Assembly: GCA_023390115.1 (NCBI GenBank)
Contig: JAEWDM010000022.1
Span: forward strand, 313,211 to 337,210
DNA length: 24,000 bases
Origin: Bacillota bacterium
GTDB lineage: Bacteria; Bacillota; Clostridia; Acetivibrionales; DSM-27016
Direction of reading: 5' to 3'
The notes beneath the pieces are model-generated. The model worked only from the letters and a program-made list of their open reading frames with translations. It ran no database searches and was not told the DNA's origin. The translations under genes and the position numbers were made by a program. Below are positions 1 through 7,446 of this stretch, one piece after another. Position 1 is the stretch's first letter. Each line of letters begins with the position of its first letter.

Positions 1-1310
1 GATTTCAATGCGTCTCTGGCTTTCTGCTTTTGTATGTCCATTTCGTTCCTGAAGCCTTCCTCATCAACCTCAAGACCGTTTTCACATGCGATTTCACGGG
101 TGAGATCAAGGGGAAACCCATAGGTGTCATGGAGCTTGAACACCATGCCTCCCTCAATTTTATTTATGCCCCCGGATTTTGCCTGCGAAATAAAATCATT
201 AAGTATTGTAAGCCCCTGATCGATTGTTATATCAAATTTCTCCTCTTCAATTCCAATAACCTTGCGGATATATTCAGACTTTTCCTCCAATTCGGGATAT
301 GCCTGCTTTGACTCGTTTATGACAACCATTGCAACCTCATGCAGAAAGGGCTTTTTAATTCCCAGAAGCTTGCCATGCCTTGCAGCCCTTCTAAGAAGCC
401 TTCTAAGCACATACCCCCTGCCCTCGTTCGAAGGGATTACGCCGTCGCACACCATCATGGTTGTGCTCCTTATATGGTCTGTAATAACCCTTATGGAGAT
501 ATCCTCCTTCTCGGATTTCCTATACTCCACACCTGCTATTTTACATATATACGTAAGAATATTCTTCACAGTATCAACCTCAAAAAGGTTGTCCACTCCC
601 TGCATAATACAGGCCAGCCTTTCAAGGCCCATTCCCGTATCAATATTAGGGTTTGCAAGCCTTGTATAGTTTCCCTCCTCATCCCTGTTGAACTGTGTAA
701 ACACATTATTCCAGAACTCCACATACCTGTCGCAGTCGCAGCCCACCTTGCAGTCAGGACTTCCGCAGCCCGCCTCCGGCCCCCTGTCAAAATATATTTC
801 AGAGCATGGCCCGCACGGGCCTGTGCCGTGCTCCCAGAAATTATCAGCTTTCCCCATCCTGACAATTTTTTCAGCCGGAACACCTACGTCCTTATTCCAT
901 ATTTCAAAGGCTTCCTCATCATCCTGATAAATAGTTATCCAAAGCTTGTCCACAGGCATCTGCAAATCCTGTGTTACAAATTCCCACGCCCAGGGTATCG
1001 CCTCTTTTTTGAAATAGTCCCCAAAAGAGAAATTGCCCAGCATTTCAAAAAAAGTACCATGTCTTGAGGTCTTTCCAACATTTTCAATATCAGGGGTCCT
1101 TATACACTTCTGGCATGTAGTAACCCTTTTTCTCGGCGGGGGCTGCTCTCCCGTGAAATATGGCTTTAAAGGCGCCATCCCTGAATTTATCAGCAAAAGG
1201 CTGGGATCGTTTTGAGGCACCAGAGAAAAGCTCGGAAGACGAAGATGCCCTTTTCCCTCAAAAAACTTCAAATAACGTTCCCTTAATTGGTTTAACCCTA
1301 GTTTTTCCAT
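1..1310 (-). CDS. alaS: Alanine--tRNA ligase (AlaRS), N-terminal about 436 codons; the 3' end lies beyond the window edge
   Basis: The minus-strand frame is open from the ATG at 1310-1308 to position 1. It is absent from the ORF track because there is no stop in the window. My translation starts [39 protein letters not shown] and reads ...[19 protein letters not shown] at the edge, which is typical of the class II AlaRS catalytic domain. The RBS GAGGAGAG lies upstream of the ATG. Confidence 0.95.
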   Translation of the reverse strand, partial: MEKLGLNQLRERYLKFFEGKGHLRLPSFSLVPQNDPSLLLINSGMAPLKPYFTGEQPPPRKRVTTCQKCIRTPDIENVGKTSRHGTFFEMLGNFSFGDYFKKEAIPWAWEFVTQDLQMPVDKLWITIYQDDEEAFEIWNKDVGVPAEKIVRMGKADNFWEHGTGPCGPCSEIYFDRGPEAGCGSPDCKVGCDCDRYVEFWNNVFTQFNRDEEGNYTRLANPNIDTGMGLERLACIMQGVDNLFEVDTVKNILTYICKIAGVEYRKSEKEDISIRVITDHIRSTTMMVCDGVIPSNEGRGYVLRRLLRRAARHGKLLGIKKPFLHEVAMVVINESKQAYPELEEKSEYIRKVIGIEEEKFDITIDQGLTILNDFISQAKSGGINKIEGGMVFKLHDTYGFPLDLTREIACENGLEVDEEGFRNEMDIQKQKARDALK

Positions 1311-1359
1311 ATAACTCTCTCCTCATTTATCTTGATGTTCTACAATCACTCAAACATAT

Positions 1360-1393
1360 AAAAACTCCCGCCCTTAAAACCCGGAAACGAGAG
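1360..1393 (-). terminator. Intrinsic terminator/attenuator hairpin inside the alaS 5' leader
   Basis: On the minus-strand RNA, CUCUCGUUU (1393-1385) pairs with GGGCGGGAG (1373-1365). That gives 9 bp including G-U pairs, with an 11-nt loop, followed by UUUUU (1364-1360). It lies about 50 nt upstream of the alaS ATG and downstream of a consensus promoter. Confidence 0.55.
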
Positions 1394-1500
1394 TATTTCA
1401 CACAGCACCACCTTTATTGCCTGCAATAAAGGCATTAAAGCATATTTATTCAAGGGGGGTGAATAACCCACAGCTCAATGGGCTGCCTTGCAGCAATAAA

Positions 1501-1529
1501 ATTATATAAAAGTATATGGTAAGTGTCAA
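1501..1529 (-). promoter_or_regulatory. Sigma-A type promoter for alaS (TTGACA-17-TATAAT)
   Basis: The minus strand reads cTTGACA cttaccatatactttta TATAAT. Both hexamers are perfect, the spacer is 17 nt, and the site lies about 190 nt upstream of the alaS ATG. Confidence 0.6.
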
Positions 1530-1583
1530 GAATGATCGCGCCAAGAAATGTGATTATCTTGTGATATATGTGTATATATGCAA

Positions 1584-2633
1584 TTATACAATTGCTTCTA
1601 TGCTCCTTTTTATTATTACCTTTATAATGGCGGTGACAGGGACTGCAAACAGCATACCGGCTATTCCGAAGAACTGTGCCCCTGCAAGAACGGCAACTAT
1701 AGTGCTGACGGGGTGAAGCCCCAGCCTTCCTTCGATTATTTTAGGTGAAATAAAGGAGTTGTCTATCTGCTGTATTATTGTAAACACCACAGCAGTCCAC
1801 AGGGCCTTGACGGGCGATTCCATAAAGGCTATCGCAACAGCGGGAACAGCCCCTATAAATGGTCCGAAATATGGAATTATGTTCGCAAGCCCTCCTATGA
1901 AGCCGAGTACCATTGCGTACTTCACATTCACTATCAAAAGCCCTATCGTTTCAAGGATTCCTATTATAACGGCAACCAGAAGCTGTCCCTGTATAAAGCT
2001 GGACAGGATAAGGTTTATCTCCCTGGCCGTATCCACCATTGCGTTTCTCCACCTTCTGGGCAGCAGCGATAACGCACCTGCTTTAAATCCCTCGGCATCC
2101 TTTATAAAATAGTATGCTATTACCATGGACAAAATCACATCCAGAAATATTCCCACCGTCTCTACAAAGCCCGCAAGTAAATCCTTCAATCTATCGGCAA
2201 CATAATTCTGAGCCATCAGCACGCTGTTTTGCACCTCACTGAATATAGCACTCTTAACATCCTCCGGCCATCCGCTGGAGCGGATAAATGAAGACACACT
2301 GTTGAACAGGTCACGGTAGCCCTCGGTTATTTCCGGTATAGTCCCCATAAGATCCTTTATGTTTTTTATAAGCTCAGGCATTATAAAAATAACCGCAGTT
2401 ATTGCGGCAAGCACAAATAACAGGTATATGAAAATAATAGCCGCAGGCTTGGGAACTTTTTTACGCTCCATAGCTCCCGCAACAGGACTTACCAGATATG
2501 CTATTATTATTGCCATTATGATTGGTGTAATTATTTTTCCCAGTTCTCTTCTAAAGGTATAAAAAAACAGTATGAGGGCGGAAAGCAAAAATACTGTTAT
2601 TATGCCTAGTACAACCTTTTTCTTTGTTGACAT
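1584..2633 (-). CDS. AI-2E family transporter (PerM/YtvI-like, UPF0118 permease)
   Basis: The 349-aa ORF is a polytopic membrane protein. Its N-terminal hydrophobic helices, the central soluble insert (PELIKNIKDL...SSGWPEDVKS) and the C-terminal motif IPYFGPFIGAVPAV...GLHPV are characteristic of this family. The RBS AAGGAAG lies 8 nt upstream of the ATG at 2633. Confidence 0.85.
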   Translation of the reverse strand: MSTKKKVVLGIITVFLLSALILFFYTFRRELGKIITPIIMAIIIAYLVSPVAGAMERKKVPKPAAIIFIYLLFVLAAITAVIFIMPELIKNIKDLMGTIPEITEGYRDLFNSVSSFIRSSGWPEDVKSAIFSEVQNSVLMAQNYVADRLKDLLAGFVETVGIFLDVILSMVIAYYFIKDAEGFKAGALSLLPRRWRNAMVDTAREINLILSSFIQGQLLVAVIIGILETIGLLIVNVKYAMVLGFIGGLANIIPYFGPFIGAVPAVAIAFMESPVKALWTAVVFTIIQQIDNSFISPKIIEGRLGLHPVSTIVAVLAGAQFFGIAGMLFAVPVTAIIKVIIKRSIEAIV

Positions 2634-2681
2634 ATAAAAGCTTCCTTTATCCGATTTATAATAGGGCCCGTTTATCAGGTT

Positions 2682-2714
2682 AAAAAGGGCCGGACAATAT
2701 ATCCGGCCCTTTTT
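2682..2714 (-). terminator. Rho-independent terminator after the small membrane-protein gene
   Basis: GGGCCGGA (2687-2694) and TCCGGCCC (2702-2709) form a perfect 8-bp GC-rich stem. It is flanked by an A5 run on one side and a T5 run on the other, so it has a bidirectional shape. Confidence 0.75.
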
Positions 2715-2731
2715 AAAGCTGGAGCCTTTCG

Positions 2732-2920
2732 CTATCTGAATAAGTCAACCATGTCCCCGACAATGGAGCCGGATCTCCTTAGCATATTCCTTCCGTTTTT
2801 TATAAGCCTTCTTCTGTTTCTTCCGCTCATCATGTCATTATTCATAAGCATACTGACCGATGCGCCTATCAGGCTTCCTATTACAACTCCCCTTGTAAAG
2901 CCGCTTCTCAATATAATCAC
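2732..2920 (-). CDS. Small hypothetical membrane protein (Gly-zipper-like helix plus Arg-rich tail)
   Basis: The 62-aa ORF has a GTG start at 2920, 12 nt after the stop of the upstream PRC-barrel gene. It has a hydrophobic GVVIGSLIGASVSMLM segment followed by a basic SGRNRRRLIKNGRNMLRR tail. The family was not recognised and the exact start is uncertain. Confidence 0.5.
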   Translation of the reverse strand: MIILRSGFTRGVVIGSLIGASVSMLMNNDMMSGRNRRRLIKNGRNMLRRSGSIVGDMVDLFR

Positions 2921-2931
2921 TTCCTCTCTTT

Positions 2932-3459
2932 CTATTTTAAAAATCTCCCCAGTCCCCCTCCTGTTTCGGTCATTTCCTCTACTGCCTCTTTCTCTACTAT
3001 TATGTTCTCTTCGCCAAATTCTACTTTTCCAAATAAGGGAAGCATGCTTCTTCCCCTCATAATATCCTGCAAAAGCCCGTCGGATATCTCCAGGCCCTCT
3101 ACAATCCCTGTTTTACAGTCAAATATTATATCCTTAACCACTCCCAAATCGTTGCCCCATTTTGAGTATACCTTAAGCCCCCTTATTTCGCCCCTTTCCT
3201 TCAGTTCCTCATTATTTTCCGACCTCCGCATTTTCTTTACGGAAGCCCGGCTTGCTATTATCAAGGCATCTCTTCCGACATTCAGCACATCCTTGAGAAA
3301 TATAATGCGCTTGTGGATTTCGCAGCCCTTTCTCTCCAGCATAAAGGCTTTTATTTCCTTATTTTTAGGACAGAAAATGACATCCTTTACCACACCCGGC
3401 TTTTTGCCCGTGTCTGCGCAAATTACAGGCAATCCAACTACCTCGCTGTACCTTTCCAT
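2932..3459 (-). CDS. PRC-barrel domain protein (YlmC/YmxH-like, two tandem PRC-barrel modules)
   Basis: The 175-aa ORF has two similar modules: VVGLPVICADTGKKPGVVKDVIF...EIKAFML and IRGLKVYSKWGNDLGVVKDIIFDCKTGIVEGLEISDG. These match the YlmC/YmxH PRC-barrel pattern. The RBS GGAGA lies 9 nt upstream of the ATG. Confidence 0.7.
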   Translation of the reverse strand: MERYSEVVGLPVICADTGKKPGVVKDVIFCPKNKEIKAFMLERKGCEIHKRIIFLKDVLNVGRDALIIASRASVKKMRRSENNEELKERGEIRGLKVYSKWGNDLGVVKDIIFDCKTGIVEGLEISDGLLQDIMRGRSMLPLFGKVEFGEENIIVEKEAVEEMTETGGGLGRFLK

Positions 3460-3577
3460 ATATTCATGTCTCCGTCGCTTTTGTTAAAGGATATATAATT
3501 TTATAATGTGCTATTAGTATCTCTCCATATAATATAAAAAATTCAGTTTTAAAGGCTTGATAAAATTGTCAAATTGT

Positions 3578-3606
3578 TTGACTAAAATTACGTATTAATA
3601 TAAAAT
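3578..3606 (+). promoter_or_regulatory. Sigma-A type promoter for the DUF1015 gene (TTGACT-17-TAAAAT)
   Basis: TTGACT (3578-3583), a 17-nt spacer, then TAAAAT (3601-3606), about 50 nt upstream of the ATG at 3655. The palindrome GTCAAA-ttg-TTTGAC (3568-3582) overlaps the -35 element. Confidence 0.5.
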
Positions 3607-3654
3607 TTAACGTAGCAAAAATAGACGTTATAGTTTTTTGTGAGGTGTGTATAA

Positions 3655-5016
3655 ATGGATAAAGCAATTTGTGAAGGCTTTAAGTCTTTAGGAATACAAA
3701 TACCCGGTATTCTTCTGCCGCGGAAGGGTATTGATATGGGCAAATGGTCTGTTGTAGCCTGCGATCAGTATACCTCCCAGCCCGAGTACTGGCAGGAGGC
3801 TGCTTCTTATGTAGCAGACGGCCCCTCTACCCTCAGTCTCATTTTTCCCGAGGTATATCTTGAGGAGAACGGCAGCGGGCAGAGAATTAAAAATATAAAT
3901 GCTTCAATGAAAAGCTTTGTAGAGGACGGCATACTTGTGCCGCAGCAGCCGGGCTTTATTTATGTGGACAGAAAAACCTGCTGCACCGGCTCCAGAAAGG
4001 GACTCATGCTGGCTGTGGACCTTGAAAGGTATGACTATAGAAAAGGATCTCAGTCTCTTATTAGAGCTACCGAGGGTACTGTCGTAGAAAGGCTCCCTCC
4101 GAGGATAAAGGTCAGGAAAAATGCCTCTCTTGAGCTTCCCCACATAATGCTTCTCATTGACGACCCCGGAAAAACAGTAATCGAACCGTTGGCACGCCAT
4201 GTACACAGCATGGAAAGGCTCTATGATTTTGAGCTTATGATGGGAGGGGGCCATATTTCAGGATATAAGGCAGACAGCCCGCAGCTTGTGGCAGAAATAC
4301 TAAATGCATTAAACAGGCTGGCATGTCCGCAAGGTTTCCGCAAGAAGTATGGAGTAAGTGATGATAAGGAGGTTCTGCTTTTTGCAGTGGGAGACGGAAA
4401 CCATTCCCTTGCCACCGCCAAGGCATGCTGGGAGGAGCTTAAGGGCTCTCTGTCCGCAGAGGAGCAGGAGCTGCACCCCGCAAGATACGCGCTTGTGGAG
4501 CTTGTAAACGTGCATGATGACGGCCTTGTATTCGAGCCCATACACAGGGTTGTTTTCAATGTAAGCCCGCAGAAGGTCCTGGACGCAATGACGGAATATA
4601 TGGGCGGCTGCGGCATGGAATACCGGTGCTTTGACTCAAAAGGCAGGCTGGAGCTGTACCTCGCCTCTCTGCCCTCCTCCGCAGGGCATGTGCTCCCCTT
4701 CGTCAGCTCCATGGGCTTCGGTGCCATAACCGTCGCAAACCCCGTATGCAATCTTGAGGTCGGAACACTGCAGGCCTTCCTTGATGAACTGGCAGACAGG
4801 GATAAGAGCGTAAAAACAGACTACATCCACGGCGGGGACGTTGTAGACTCATTAGGCGGACAGGAGGGGAACATGGGCTTTTACCTGCCGCCAATGGATA
4901 AAAACGACCTGTTTAAAACAGTAATATTGGACGGAGCGCTTCCCAGAAAGACCTTTTCGATGGGGGAGGCCAGCGAAAAAAGATTCTATCTGGAGTGCAG
5001 AAAAATAAAACCTTAG
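3655..5016 (+). CDS. DUF1015 family protein (function unknown)
   Basis: The 453-aa ORF has the RBS GAGGTG 7 nt upstream of the ATG. Its length and motifs fit my memory of the DUF1015 family: WSVVACDQYTSQPEYW, ATEGTV..RLPPRIKVR, LFAVGDGNHSLATAK, LVELVNVHDDGLVFEPIHRVV and PRKTFSMGEA..KRFYLE. This assignment comes from recall, not from a search. Confidence 0.7.
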   Translation: MDKAICEGFKSLGIQIPGILLPRKGIDMGKWSVVACDQYTSQPEYWQEAASYVADGPSTLSLIFPEVYLEENGSGQRIKNINASMKSFVEDGILVPQQPGFIYVDRKTCCTGSRKGLMLAVDLERYDYRKGSQSLIRATEGTVVERLPPRIKVRKNASLELPHIMLLIDDPGKTVIEPLARHVHSMERLYDFELMMGGGHISGYKADSPQLVAEILNALNRLACPQGFRKKYGVSDDKEVLLFAVGDGNHSLATAKACWEELKGSLSAEEQELHPARYALVELVNVHDDGLVFEPIHRVVFNVSPQKVLDAMTEYMGGCGMEYRCFDSKGRLELYLASLPSSAGHVLPFVSSMGFGAITVANPVCNLEVGTLQAFLDELADRDKSVKTDYIHGGDVVDSLGGQEGNMGFYLPPMDKNDLFKTVILDGALPRKTFSMGEASEKRFYLECRKIKP

Positions 5017-5861
5017 CGGCAGCTTAAGGTTACCCGGTAAAACTTAATATTAGTATCCTGAGAGACGACATTATACATCAATTGGCCCGAAGAAAAGCTG
5101 TTGGCCGTTACACCGCTTTTCTGCACCGTACCCCCTATTCTCGCCTCGGCTCCCGAGGACAGTGAAAAGGTTGCAATCAAGCCGGTTATATCGGTCCCCG
5201 AAGGGACCGATATATCTATTTCCCCCAGTGTCTTAGTGCTGTTAATTTCTCCTACCGATGTGCTGGTAAGGGAAGGGTTTTTATCCTTTTCAAATATATA
5301 CATGCTGAAATGATTTTCGTCCGGAAGCCTCTGGAATTCTATAACCTTTCCCGGAGCATCCTCTCCTATACCCCCCGCCTCTATGCTATCCATGTTGAGG
5401 CAGGTTGCCGATGTTTTTATATTATAGGACTGTCCCCCTATAGAGCCCTTAATGTCGAGATTTATGACGTTGGTATTATTCCCGTGCCCATCCTCCTCGG
5501 GATAGAAACCCGAACCGTCATAATCTATCCTGTCCTCCACCCCTCCGAGTATGTTTGCCTCAGTACCGTCACAAAGCCTGTGAATGACCGAATCCGCACG
5601 TATTATTATATATTCCATTTCATTGCCATAGCTTGCCGGCTCCGAAGCCAAAATTCTGACTGCGACGGCACTTCGAAGGTTGCTTGTAATAAACTCTGAA
5701 AAGACTGACACATCCTGCTGCACATTGGACTGCTTGGTTCCCGCATCATAGGTCCTCATGCTGTGGCTGTAAATATTATAGCCCAGAGTGAGCACAATCC
5801 CCATAAGAACCAGCACAATCATCAATTCCACAAGAGTAACTCCCTTATTGCTCCTTAACAT
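5013..5861 (-). CDS. Minor (pseudo)pilin with a prepilin N-terminal methylation/cleavage motif and a C-terminal beta-sandwich-like module
   Basis: The 282-aa ORF starts MLRSNKG|VTLVELMIVLVLMGIVL, that is, a class III signal with Gly at -1 and Glu at +5. The RBS GGAGG lies 6 nt upstream of the ATG at 5861. It is the last gene of the pilus operon. Confidence 0.75.
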   Translation of the reverse strand: MLRSNKGVTLVELMIVLVLMGIVLTLGYNIYSHSMRTYDAGTKQSNVQQDVSVFSEFITSNLRSAVAVRILASEPASYGNEMEYIIIRADSVIHRLCDGTEANILGGVEDRIDYDGSGFYPEEDGHGNNTNVINLDIKGSIGGQSYNIKTSATCLNMDSIEAGGIGEDAPGKVIEFQRLPDENHFSMYIFEKDKNPSLTSTSVGEINSTKTLGEIDISVPSGTDITGLIATFSLSSGAEARIGGTVQKSGVTANSFSSGQLMYNVVSQDTNIKFYRVTLSCR

Positions 5862-5884
5862 TGCCTGCCTCCAATACCTTCAGC

Positions 5885-6229
5885 CTAGTACGGTACAAAT
5901 GTAGAAACATCAACCCTTTGTCCATTTACATCCACATCCTTTTCTATTATCTCACCTTCGGAGCTTACTGTCACAGAGGGACTTCCGGGAAAGATTATTG
6001 TCATATTATGCTCAGCTCCCTCTTCACCCCCGGCTACCGCTCTCTCTATCTTCTCCTGAGCTTCAAATACCGCTCTGCTTTTATATCCGGTACCGAAAAT
6101 CGCGGAATAGGAGCCTGCAAAAAGAGCTGTAAACGCAGCTACTGTAATTGACAATATAAATATGCATACGACTACTTCTACAAGCGTAAAGCCTCTATTG
6201 CTTGTTTTAAAGGTTTTTAATTTTTTCAA
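5885..6229 (-). CDS. Minor pilin (PilV/GspH-like small prepilin)
   Basis: The 114-aa ORF starts MKKLKTFKTSNRG|FTLVEVVVCIFILSI, a canonical G|FTLxE prepilin motif. It uses a TTG start at 6229, preceded by AGGAGG 7 nt upstream. Confidence 0.75.
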   Translation of the reverse strand: MKKLKTFKTSNRGFTLVEVVVCIFILSITVAAFTALFAGSYSAIFGTGYKSRAVFEAQEKIERAVAGGEEGAEHNMTIIFPGSPSVTVSSEGEIIEKDVDVNGQRVDVSTFVPY

Positions 6230-6242
6230 TATACTCCCTCCT

Positions 6243-7403
6243 CTATCTCCTCCACAACCCCTTTTTATATTTAATATCCTCCTCCGTTACTCCAAAGTTT
6301 ATATCAGACTCCGTTGTCCCGTCTCCGCTGCTGTATTTGATAACGGCTCCCGTTGCCTCGGTGTTGTCAATTATGCGGGCAATTATTGAGCCCTCAAAGT
6401 ACTCTATAGACCTTAGCAGTATCGATGCCTCAGGCCCATATATATAGCCCTTAAAGCTCATCTTTTTTTCCGATGAGCCGTCTCCCGAGGGCTGAAGCTT
6501 GCCTCTGTCTATATACAGTATAAGATGGTTGGGCGCTACCTCCTCCTCATCCGTGTTGCAGTTTATATTTCCCGTAGCAAACAGGTTCTGTACAAATAAA
6601 TTTACTTTTCTGCCCGTAGGGTCACCGGTAATTACAATCTTTCCGTCCACCGTCAATATGGCGGAAACAGATATATTGACATCCCCCTCGGACAAATCAA
6701 TTTCCAGAACACCGTCCTCCTCCACAGTAAGCGATTGGAATTCCTTTTCCCCTTCAGATGCAGATATTATGTATCGTTCTTCTTTTTTTATTGTATGCTC
6801 CAGAGTAGAGCTGCTATTGGGAAATTCAAGCCTTGATGTGAATGTAGCCGCTGAGTCCGCTGTAGCATTGTAAGACTGCGAGAACCCATCATAATCAAAT
6901 TCATTGCCGTATACGATAGTTCCATTTGTTTCAAGGTCGCCGAGTATTTCTATGTCCTCTCTGAAATAAAGGCCCTCTTTGGCAAACAGGGCATTTTTAA
7001 AGGCACTTCTTATCTCCAGCTCCTTAACCAGAGCCAATATTGCCCTGTCGGACACCTCTCCAACCGTGCCGGTTGACGTAATCACAAGCTCTCCCGAAGA
7101 CTCCTCCCGCACCCTTACACTGAAGCTTCCCTTTCCCAGACTAACGCTGTCCGACTGTCTTTCTTCTCCCTCCGCTTCAACCATTGCCGTATCCCCGGTT
7201 TTTATAATGTAGTCCGCCACCGCCTCACAGCCCGATCTTGCTATATAATATGCCTGGGTCCTTTTAACCTGTCTGTCTGCCCGCAGAACATCATTTACAC
7301 TGTAAGACCACAGCGCCGTTCCGAGAAAGGTAAGCACCATAACCACCATTAAGGTAACTATCATTGCCGAGCCCCTCTGACTGTCCTTTAATTTAGCTTT
7401 CAT
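6243..7403 (-). CDS. PilX_N/GspK-like pilus tip-type protein (non-canonical prepilin lacking Glu+5)
   Basis: The track ORF runs 6243..7409. I prefer the ATG at 7403 because a GGGGGG RBS lies about 6 nt upstream. The N-terminus KDSQRGSAMIVTLMVVMVLTFLGTALWSY...RTQAYYIARSG resembles the PilX N-terminal domain. The rest is a Ser/Thr/Gly/Asp-rich, probably beta-rich, region. Confidence 0.6.
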   Translation of the reverse strand: MKAKLKDSQRGSAMIVTLMVVMVLTFLGTALWSYSVNDVLRADRQVKRTQAYYIARSGCEAVADYIIKTGDTAMVEAEGEERQSDSVSLGKGSFSVRVREESSGELVITSTGTVGEVSDRAILALVKELEIRSAFKNALFAKEGLYFREDIEILGDLETNGTIVYGNEFDYDGFSQSYNATADSAATFTSRLEFPNSSSTLEHTIKKEERYIISASEGEKEFQSLTVEEDGVLEIDLSEGDVNISVSAILTVDGKIVITGDPTGRKVNLFVQNLFATGNINCNTDEEEVAPNHLILYIDRGKLQPSGDGSSEKKMSFKGYIYGPEASILLRSIEYFEGSIIARIIDNTEATGAVIKYSSGDGTTESDINFGVTEEDIKYKKGLWRR

Positions 7404-7446
7404 AAGCACCCCCCCTTTTTCAGCGCTTATACCACACGCACCCGGA

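Noticed and set aside
30-1429. Several plus-strand track ORFs (30..311, 262..669, 339..1067, 688..927, 1033..1215, 1160..1429).
   Set aside because: All lie antisense to, or overlap, the clearly recognisable alaS frame. Their translations are low-complexity with no motifs and no RBS. They are shadow ORFs of a coding region.
3002-3498. Plus-strand ORFs 3002..3487 and 3313..3498, and plus-strand ORFs across pilB, pilC, serA and ftsK (for example 18385..18888, 7475..7840, 22475..22901).
   Set aside because: They lie antisense to strongly supported genes. Their translations are Ser/Leu/Pro-rich, typical of reverse-frame artefacts, with no independent signals.
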